Shown: positions 58,153 to 64,000 of the stretch, one piece after another
How positions within the stretch are numbered: the stretch's first letter is position 1
Layout: each line of letters opens with the position of its first letter
Source: Alphaproteobacteria bacterium
Lineage (GTDB): Bacteria > Pseudomonadota > Alphaproteobacteria > CAAHEQ01 > UBA3637
Reading direction: 5' to 3'
DNA: 64,000 nt
NCBI GenBank assembly: GCA_017412085.1
Contig: JAFPYS010000019.1
Coordinates: 90,155-154,154, forward strand
The notes under the pieces: generated by a model
The model's database searches: none
Seen by the model: only the letters and a program-made list of their open reading frames with translations
What the model was told of the DNA's origin: nothing
Made by a program: the position numbers and the translations under genes

Positions 58153-58181
58153 TTGCATTTCATCAAAAAAAAGTGTATAAA
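58153..58181 (+). promoter_or_regulatory. sigma70-like promoter for tRNA-Pro (TTGCAT-17-TATAAA)
   Basis: TTGCAT at 58153-58158, a 17-nt spacer, then TATAAA at 58176-58181, 10 nt before the tRNA. Confidence 0.5.
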
Positions 58182-58191
58182 TATCAACGAT

Positions 58192-58268
58192 CGGAGCGTA
58201 GCGCAGCCTGGTAGCGCACTTGTCTGGGGGGCAAGTGGTCGTGGGTTCAAATCCCGCCGCTCCGACCA
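58192..58268 (+). tRNA. tRNA-Pro (anticodon GGG), CCA encoded
   Basis: CGGAGCG acceptor pairing with CGCTCCG, anticodon stem-loop CTTGT-CTGGGGG-GCAAG, T-loop TTCAAAT. 77 nt. Confidence 0.9.
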
Positions 58269-58274
58269 CTAAAC
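58261..58274 (+). repeat. direct repeat TCCGACCACTAAAC (tRNA-Pro 3' end plus 3' flank), copy 1 of 3
   Basis: Last 8 nt of tRNA-Pro plus 6 nt of trailer. Repeated at 59137-59150 and 59998-60011, each preceded by a degenerate copy of the tRNA T-arm region. Confidence 0.7.
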
Positions 58275-58276
58275 AC

Positions 58277-58306
58277 AAGTCGTCTGAAAAGGCGACTTTT
58301 TCTTTT
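58277..58306 (+). terminator. rho-independent terminator after tRNA-Pro
   Basis: Hairpin AGTCGTC-TGAAAA-GGCGACT followed by a T-run. An identical hairpin recurs at 60014-60040. Confidence 0.55.
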
Positions 58307-58525
58307 ATTTCCAAGGCGTTGTGCGAGTTCGAATGTCCAACTGTCAAAATGGACAATTTCCAGCCATTTACGAACTCTTGAAGCAAAATTTCCTTTGTTT
58401 TCAATGCCCGCCCCTCGGGAGCCTAAACCCACCATCCCAGAAAAAACTGAATTTTTTATTGCATTAAAAATAATAATTTTGTATAATATCTTGCGAGAGA
58501 TTTGAGCAATCAAAAAGGAGTTATC

Positions 58526-59092
58526 ATGAACAAAAAAGTAGTTTTTCTAACTGGAAATCCTCATAAAAAAGAAATTGCAGAAGCGGTTTTTGCATTATAC
58601 GGTTTAGAAGTTGAAGCACACGATATTGATCTTGAAGAAATACAAGAAACAGATATTGAGAAAATCGCTACATGGAGTGCTTTACAGGGGGCAAAACGAT
58701 TAAATATGCCGGTCATAAAAACAGATGTCGGTTTTTCAATAGATGCCTTAAATGGTTTCCCTGGAGCATTCGGAAAGTATGTATTTCCACAGTTGGGGGT
58801 CGAAGGCTTGCTTCGATTGATGGCGGACAAAACAAACAGGCATGCAACTTCTACTGAAGTATTAGCATTTGCTACACCTGATGGCAAAACCAAAACTTGG
58901 ACTAGGGTTCAAGATCTTGAAATATTAACAGAGCCAAAGGGTACAGGATCAGCGATTGATCAAATTATGGTTGTATCAGGAGAACACACCGTCAATTATG
59001 GGAGCATGGCCCATGAAGAAAAAATGGAGTGGTGGCGAAAAGGCCCGAATTACTTCCATGAGTTTGCAAAATGGTTTATCAGTCAAAATTGA
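58526..59092 (+). CDS. Ham1/RdgB-family non-canonical purine NTP pyrophosphatase-like protein
   Basis: KVVFLTGNPHKKEIAEAV (compare KVVLATGNVGKVRELASL), TDVGFSIDALNGFPGAFGKYVF (compare [21 protein letters not shown]), GTGSAIDQIM (compare GTGGFGYDPIF). AGGAG RBS before the ATG at 58526. Confidence 0.6.
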   Translation: MNKKVVFLTGNPHKKEIAEAVFALYGLEVEAHDIDLEEIQETDIEKIATWSALQGAKRLNMPVIKTDVGFSIDALNGFPGAFGKYVFPQLGVEGLLRLMADKTNRHATSTEVLAFATPDGKTKTWTRVQDLEILTEPKGTGSAIDQIMVVSGEHTVNYGSMAHEEKMEWWRKGPNYFHEFAKWFISQN

Positions 59093-59136
59093 TAGTATTT
59101 CGTTTTTTAAAATGGGCTCGTAAATTGCGCATTCAT

Positions 59137-59150
59137 TCCGACCACTAAAC
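59137..59150 (+). repeat. direct repeat TCCGACCACTAAAC, copy 2 (boundary between islet 1 and islet 2)
   Basis: Preceded by AAATGGGCTCGTAAATTGCGCATTCAT (degenerate tRNA-Pro T-arm) and followed by ACAA plus a hairpin, as after the genuine tRNA. Confidence 0.7.
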
Positions 59151-59388
59151 ACAAAGCATCAGAAATGGTGCTTTTTTCTTTTGTTTCCAAGCGCTTATAA
59201 GGGTTCGAATGTTGAAAGCGCAAAATCGGCCATTTTCAGCCATTTACGAACTCTTGAAGCAAGTTTTCCTTTAAAATCAATACTTGTCCTCTGGGAACCT
59301 AAAACACTAATCCCAGAAAATATACTTGCATACATCAAAAATTTATGATATATTTTCCGTCGAAAAAATTGGATAAAAGGAAATAAAC

Positions 59389-59976
59389 ATGGAAAATTTA
59401 GAAAAAGAAAAAATTCGTTCTATATTGGATAGTCCTGTTGTTTTTATTCACAAATCAACAAAAGAAGAAAAAGATTTATATCCAGATAAAAAAGTAGGAT
59501 GGTTTTATACTTTTGGTTTAGAGTCTGGTCAAATTTTTGTTTCTCATTTTCAACCGATGGAAGAGTATTCTGATACATTGGTTTCAACGTTTAAACCATT
59601 TAATGCCTTATTACCAGATTTAAAAGAAATCAATTTTAAAACCCGCTTTATGTTTAACAGGGAAAGAGATATTGAAATGTATACCCAATATCATCCAAGA
59701 GTCAGTGAAAATGAACAAAAAGTATATGATGAAATAATTGCTTCAAAATATAATGGAAATTCATACGAGTTTATCCCTTTATATCAGAAAAGTTGGCCTG
59801 TTCACTTTGAATTGGTCCGTTGTGCCGAATTAAGAAAAGAATTACTACGTCATCAGAAATTATTAAAAAAAGAACTGACTATTCAAAACAAAGAATCTCG
59901 AATTCCAGAAAGATGTTCTACTCATAATCAAACAGAAAAGATGAGTTTGCATTTGAAAGAGCCTCATGTGAAATGA
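59389..59976 (+). CDS. hypothetical protein (195 aa), cargo of islet 2
   Basis: ORF with a GGATAAAAGGAAA RBS-like region. No recognisable family. Confidence 0.5.
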   Translation: MENLEKEKIRSILDSPVVFIHKSTKEEKDLYPDKKVGWFYTFGLESGQIFVSHFQPMEEYSDTLVSTFKPFNALLPDLKEINFKTRFMFNRERDIEMYTQYHPRVSENEQKVYDEIIASKYNGNSYEFIPLYQKSWPVHFELVRCAELRKELLRHQKLLKKELTIQNKESRIPERCSTHNQTEKMSLHLKEPHVK

Positions 59977-59997
59977 GCTCGTGATTTGAGAGTTGAT

Positions 59998-60011
59998 TCC
60001 GACCACTAAAC
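59998..60011 (+). repeat. direct repeat TCCGACCACTAAAC, copy 3 (distal boundary of islet 2)
   Basis: Preceded by AAATGAGCTCGTGATTTGAGAGTTGAT and followed by the same terminator hairpin as copy 1. Confidence 0.7.
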
Positions 60012-60042
60012 TTAGAGTCGTCTGAAAAGGCGACTTTTTATT

Positions 60043-60771
60043 TTAATTTTTCTTATTATATATTGCGGCAACATCGACCAATATTTGCCGTATTTCTTTG
60101 TCCTCCTTTGGCATCTTGGCGATTACCTTTGGCAAATTCTCTTCCATTTTATCAACAGCCCCACGATCAACAGGAACTCTTTCCGGCATAAAATGCCGCA
60201 TAAAAGCCAACAATGCCGCTTTTTCGTCCGACACATCATAGCCTATTTCTTTAAGCAATGTTTTTGTGCGCTTTAAAGATTTTTGTTTAATTTGTTTCTT
60301 CGGCCATAGACCAATACCATATTTTGCCATTTCCTTCCAAGGAAAAGAAAAATTTGGATCCAGTTTGCGTGTCGGAGCAATATCGCTGTGCCCCACAACA
60401 TTTTCAGGCCGAATGTGGTGTTTTTTTATAATTTGTGTTGCCAACTTCACAAAAGCATCTAATTGAGCCTTTGGATATGGTTTTTGTCCAAAACTAGGAG
60501 TGTATAATTCAATACCAATAGAGGTTGCATTTAATCCAGAGTCACCACGCCAACAGCTTTTGCCCGCATGCCACGCTACCTTATTTTCCCCAACAAATTG
60601 GCTAATTTGACCTTTATTGTCGATCATATAATGCGGACCAACACCAAATTTATCCCATAATTTTAAACTTTTAGACACAGAAAAGGCAAAGCAATGCACA
60701 ACTAAATGGCGTATTTTTTTATGTGGATCGCGTTCCGCAAAATGTGGCCAGTTCAATTGTTTTATTTGCAT
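60043..60771 (-). CDS. ampD: AmpD-like N-acetylmuramoyl-L-alanine amidase (amidase_2/PGRP fold)
   Basis: WHAGKSCW, HSDIAPTRKLDP and IGIEL zinc-ligand motifs of 1,6-anhydro-MurNAc-L-Ala amidase. Adjacent to nagZ. Confidence 0.75.
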   Translation of the reverse strand: MQIKQLNWPHFAERDPHKKIRHLVVHCFAFSVSKSLKLWDKFGVGPHYMIDNKGQISQFVGENKVAWHAGKSCWRGDSGLNATSIGIELYTPSFGQKPYPKAQLDAFVKLATQIIKKHHIRPENVVGHSDIAPTRKLDPNFSFPWKEMAKYGIGLWPKKQIKQKSLKRTKTLLKEIGYDVSDEKAALLAFMRHFMPERVPVDRGAVDKMEENLPKVIAKMPKEDKEIRQILVDVAAIYNKKN

Positions 60772-61835
60772 TTTTGCCCCCTCATCTTATGCAACACCTC
60801 TACGGCATCATAATCCGTTGTCAAATTTTGAGTTTTCTCAGCCAATTCAGCATAGCGGCAATACGCTTTCTTCCTGTCAAACTTAGCTGGTTTTTGCACA
60901 ACAATTTCATGAATACGTGCAAAACGTTCCATTGCCTCATCCGTTAAAGGACGTGCCGCCTTAATAACTTCTTTTAATTCGTCTTCAATACCAAAGCAAT
61001 AACACACGGCATCACATCCCGCCTCTAAACTTGTCTTTGTTCGTTCGGCCAATGATCCACCCAACGCCTTCATGTCAATCGCATCGGAAAGCAAAAATCC
61101 GTGAAATCCGATTCGCCCTCTGATAATCTCTTCAATAGCCTTCTTTGACTGGGTAACAGGCTTGTCATCCACTGCAGAAATCACAATATGCGCCGTCATC
61201 CCAGCTGGAGCATCTCGTCCAACCGCGTGAAAAGGATAAAAATCTTTTTCCAATTCCTTTAGGCTTTGCGGCAAAATCGGTAAATTTAAGTGGGGATCAA
61301 CCACGGCTCGCCCATGCCCTGGCAAATGCTTCACACAAGGACAAATCCCACTTGCTTGATAAACATCCAACAAAATCTTACCGCGCGCCGCCACTTTCTT
61401 TTCATTAGTTGAAAAAATACGATTTCCCAAGGCGGGTGTTGTATCCGGATAAGCCACATCCAACACCGGCGCATAGTTCCAATTAACACCCAGTTCACGC
61501 AAATCCGCCGCAATTAACGAGCCATGCAAGCGAGTAATTTCCTCACCCATCTTACCATTTAATGATCCCAATGAATATTGCGACACATAATGGGGCCATT
61601 CTGGCGGGGAAAAACGGCAAACCCGTCCTCCTTCTTGATCCACGGCAATAAGAATATCTTCGCGCCCAATCACCTCTTTTATGGATTTGATTAAAGCTTT
61701 TACTTGTCTTTTATCTTGTACATTTCTTTTAAATAACGTAATTCCCATTGGATTTGCTTTTTCCAACAGGTGTTTTTCCGCATCAGTCAATTCCAAACCA
61801 GACACGGAAAGCATGGCAGCTAATATAGATTTCAT
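60762..61835 (-). CDS. nagZ: beta-N-acetylhexosaminidase NagZ (GH3 family)
   Basis: GITLFKRN, KHLPGHG and D-H catalytic motifs. 357 aa. Overlaps ampD by 10 nt. Confidence 0.85.
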   Translation of the reverse strand: MKSILAAMLSVSGLELTDAEKHLLEKANPMGITLFKRNVQDKRQVKALIKSIKEVIGREDILIAVDQEGGRVCRFSPPEWPHYVSQYSLGSLNGKMGEEITRLHGSLIAADLRELGVNWNYAPVLDVAYPDTTPALGNRIFSTNEKKVAARGKILLDVYQASGICPCVKHLPGHGRAVVDPHLNLPILPQSLKELEKDFYPFHAVGRDAPAGMTAHIVISAVDDKPVTQSKKAIEEIIRGRIGFHGFLLSDAIDMKALGGSLAERTKTSLEAGCDAVCYCFGIEDELKEVIKAARPLTDEAMERFARIHEIVVQKPAKFDRKKAYCRYAELAEKTQNLTTDYDAVEVLHKMRGQKCK

Positions 61836-61947
61836 AAGCTTATCTCCTTTTATTATATTAAGAAGATACTAAAAAAATAATTATAAGTCAAAAAAAATCT
61901 CCGCCAGAACCATAGCTCTAGCGGAGACACAAAAGGTAACTGTTAAA

Positions 61948-62217
61948 TTACACAGCGTCCTTTAAAGCTTTACCGGCTTTGACTTTCACAACCTTGCGGG
62001 CAGCAATCTTAATTGTCTTGCCTGTAGCAGGGTTACGGCCATTACGAGCAGCACGTTTTGCAACTGTAAATGTCACAAAACCTGTCAATTGCACTGTATC
62101 GCCTTTTTTCACGCGTTCTGTCACAACAGCTTGCATAGCGGCCACAACGGCAGCGGCAGCAGCTTTGGACACTTTTGCTTTTTTAGCAACAGCTTCAACG
62201 AATTCTGTTTTATTCAT
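61948..62217 (-). CDS. hupB: DNA-binding protein HU (alphaproteobacterial type)
   Basis: 89 aa. MNKTEFVEAVA...GFVTFTVAKRAARNGRNPATGKTIKIAARKV carries the canonical HU beta-arm RNPxTG motif. Confidence 0.9.
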   Translation of the reverse strand: MNKTEFVEAVAKKAKVSKAAAAAVVAAMQAVVTERVKKGDTVQLTGFVTFTVAKRAARNGRNPATGKTIKIAARKVVKVKAGKALKDAV

Positions 62218-62467
62218 TTTATTTCTCCTTATATCTTGTTAAACAACAGCCACTTTTGTGTCTGTAATGCCATTCTATGCAGATTCAAAAAGCCTTGTCA
62301 ACAAAAAAAATGCATTTTTTCTTAAAAAATCGCACTTTTTTCATTTTTTTTTCAAAAAAAGCCCCTATTTTACTATTTTTTTAAGCATAACGAACCTATT
62401 TTTACCTCAAAATACTCATAAAACGACATATCCGATTCGTTTTTATTCCCATTTAGCCTTTTAAATA

Positions 62468-62496
62468 TTGACATTTTTGCCTTTTTTTGCTACGAT
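62468..62496 (+). promoter_or_regulatory. sigma70-like promoter (TTGACA-17-TACGAT) for the thioesterase-like gene
   Basis: Consensus -35 TTGACA at 62468-62473, a 17-nt spacer, then TACGAT. Confidence 0.45.
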
Positions 62497-62518
62497 TCGT
62501 TTTAACAAAGGAAATGTA

Positions 62519-63259
62519 ATGTCAACTTATTCCCAGATATATAAAGTCACTGGCTATCAGTGCGATCAAGACAGCACTTTAGCGACACCTTTTGTGTTTA
62601 ACTATCTACAAGATTCCCTAGATAATTTCAGTCGAGCGCATGGCGTTGGCTATGATTTTTGCAAGACGCAAAATCTGACATACATTCTTAAAGGATATGA
62701 TGTTCAAATCCATTCATTGCCACATTGGACCGATATCACTCAAATGGATACAGATTTAATTTCTTTTGGTCCAGGCAGCTTGTTTTTCCTTCAAAATCTA
62801 TATGATTCAAACAAAAAGTTGCTTTTTTCATCTGTCAGTCACGTCGTCCTGCTAGATTTATTAAAAAAGCGCCCCGCCCGAATAAAAGATCACTTTCCCT
62901 CTTCTTTATTACAAACAGCAACACAGGCGACTCCCGCGTTCACCAGTTTGAAACCGTTGGATTGCGTCCATACAACCCGCGAACAGGAAATAACCCCTGA
63001 CTACATAGATTTTAATCAGCATGTCAACAATACTCACTATATAACCTTCGCAGAGCGTGCCTTAGATCCCGTATTTTTGAAAAAAGCACGCTTAAAAAGA
63101 ATTCGAGTCGCCTATAAACAAGCCGCTCTATTAGGAGATAAATTGAAAGTGGAAAGCAAAATCGCTCCAGGCTTTACGGATCACCAAATCTCATCCGTCT
63201 CGGATCCGACGAAACAATTCGCCAGAATCCGCTTTTCTTGGCTTCCCAAAGCAAGATAA
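62519..63259 (+). CDS. acyl-ACP thioesterase-family protein
   Basis: Two hotdog halves. C-terminal DFNQHVNNTHYITFAE matches the D-x-N-x-H-VNN-x-x-Y catalytic motif of acyl-ACP thioesterases (PF01643). Confidence 0.55.
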   Translation: MSTYSQIYKVTGYQCDQDSTLATPFVFNYLQDSLDNFSRAHGVGYDFCKTQNLTYILKGYDVQIHSLPHWTDITQMDTDLISFGPGSLFFLQNLYDSNKKLLFSSVSHVVLLDLLKKRPARIKDHFPSSLLQTATQATPAFTSLKPLDCVHTTREQEITPDYIDFNQHVNNTHYITFAERALDPVFLKKARLKRIRVAYKQAALLGDKLKVESKIAPGFTDHQISSVSDPTKQFARIRFSWLPKAR

Positions 63260-63311
63260 TACCTATAAAAAAGCCCCACCATGCGGCAGGGCTTGATTTT
63301 CACGGATTGAA

Positions 63312-64000
63312 TTAGAAGTTATACTTTGCCTTTAACATACCCATGTGACTTTGGAAGTTTTTACGATAAGCGCCACGATAATCGGCGGACAAATCCCAAG
63401 CGCCAACAGTCATGGTCAAGCCAGCGCCACCTTCCACACCAAAGCGGTGTAATTTTTCACCATGGATACGATAATCGCCACCACCCAACACTTGTACATT
63501 CGCGTCCGGGCCATCGCTGACGAAGTCATAGGTCATCGCCAAGTTGGCATGTGGTGTCCATGTGACCTTATCGCCATTAAACGCCTTGGCATAACGCACA
63601 CCGGCCATACCTGTCCACACGTCGTTTTTGTCGGATTTAATGCGTTGCACCCCGTCGCTGTAGGATTCTTGATCCACCAACAAATAGCGCAAGCCGCCTT
63701 CCAAAGCAAATCCGTTATCAAATTCGTAACCGCTGGTCAAACGGGCGGCATAGGAATTGACATCGTATTTGGCTTTCACCTTCACATCCATTGGTTCTTT
63801 TTCTTCTTTATATTTGCCATAGCCATAGCTCATCAACCAATTGGCATACCATGCGCTTGGTTGATATTGTCCATATAAGAACGCATTGTGGCCATCCACA
63901 TCTGTGTCACGACCAAACGAATCGGCCTTTGTGTTGGTATAGGCATAGCCCAAGCCAACGGTCATGGCATCGCTTAACTTGGCGTCCATACCCATCGCAA
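63312..64000 (-). CDS. outer-membrane beta-barrel (autotransporter beta-domain-like) protein, C-terminal part; the gene starts beyond the window
   Basis: Alternating amphipathic beta-strands, a C-terminal aromatic Phe (…LKAKYNF), and Gly/Tyr-rich strands typical of autotransporter translocator domains. The frame is open to the window edge. Confidence 0.5.
   Translation of the reverse strand, partial: AMGMDAKLSDAMTVGLGYAYTNTKADSFGRDTDVDGHNAFLYGQYQPSAWYANWLMSYGYGKYKEEKEPMDVKVKAKYDVNSYAARLTSGYEFDNGFALEGGLRYLLVDQESYSDGVQRIKSDKNDVWTGMAGVRYAKAFNGDKVTWTPHANLAMTYDFVSDGPDANVQVLGGGDYRIHGEKLHRFGVEGGAGLTMTVGAWDLSADYRGAYRKNFQSHMGMLKAKYNF

Noticed and set aside
62218-62467. A possible small ORF or tandem repeat in the A/T-homopolymer-rich region upstream of the thioesterase gene
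   Set aside because: There are only short direct repeats (CGATTCGTTTT twice) plus a good sigma70 promoter. No ORF has an RBS. It is interpreted as a promoter region.

Overview
This is an AT-rich bacterial chromosomal segment that is dense with coding sequence (more than 60 genes), with about 85% of genes on the minus strand. The gene content looks alphaproteobacterial and possibly host-associated (RNase J, EI-Ntr PtsP, alpha-type HU, SufBCDS plus a SufT-like gene, MreBCD-PBP2-RodA, Mfd, TrkA, AspS), but the organism cannot be named from sequence alone. The recognisable housekeeping blocks are rnj-birA, sufE, glk-like-ptsP, the suf operon sufB-sufC-sufD-sufS-sufT, mfd-trkA-dus, the rod-shape operon mreB-mreC-mreD-mrdA-rodA, and ampD-nagZ-hupB. 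There are five tRNA genes (Leu-TAA, Glu-TTC, Asp-GTC, Glu-CTC, Pro-GGG), each with a clear sigma70-like promoter and a rho-independent terminator.

The accessory regions that stand out are:
1. A 7 kb glycosyltransferase cluster (GT8, GT4-GT2, GT4-TagF-like, GT4, cytidylyltransferase) beside an MsbA-like ABC exporter. This looks like a polyol-phosphate (teichoic-acid-like) glycopolymer locus, and three of its glycosyltransferases carry reiterated C-terminal LGIPI-KIK peptide motifs.
2. A secreted-protein locus containing a 466-aa type IV pilin-like protein with three Cys-rich tandem repeats and three paralogous small secreted C-type-lectin-like proteins. Each of the lectin-like genes is preceded by the same 18-bp palindrome, TTTAAACG-N2-CGTTTAAA.
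3. A tandem pair of paralogous hypothetical proteins with bilobed hydrophobic segments, next to a membrane-anchored SF2 helicase and a TSCPD protein.
4. Two tandem integrase-less islets of about 0.87 kb immediately 3' of tRNA-Pro. Each is bounded by a direct repeat of the tRNA 3' end and carries a conserved structured module of about 150 nt. Their cargo is a Ham1-like NTP pyrophosphatase and an unknown protein.
5. A partial tRNA-Glu 3' duplication, a split ChrA pair, a reverse rubrerythrin, a degenerate PAS-GGDEF protein, and a GC-rich putative structured RNA upstream of aspS.

No CRISPR arrays, rRNA genes, transposases or prophage genes were seen.
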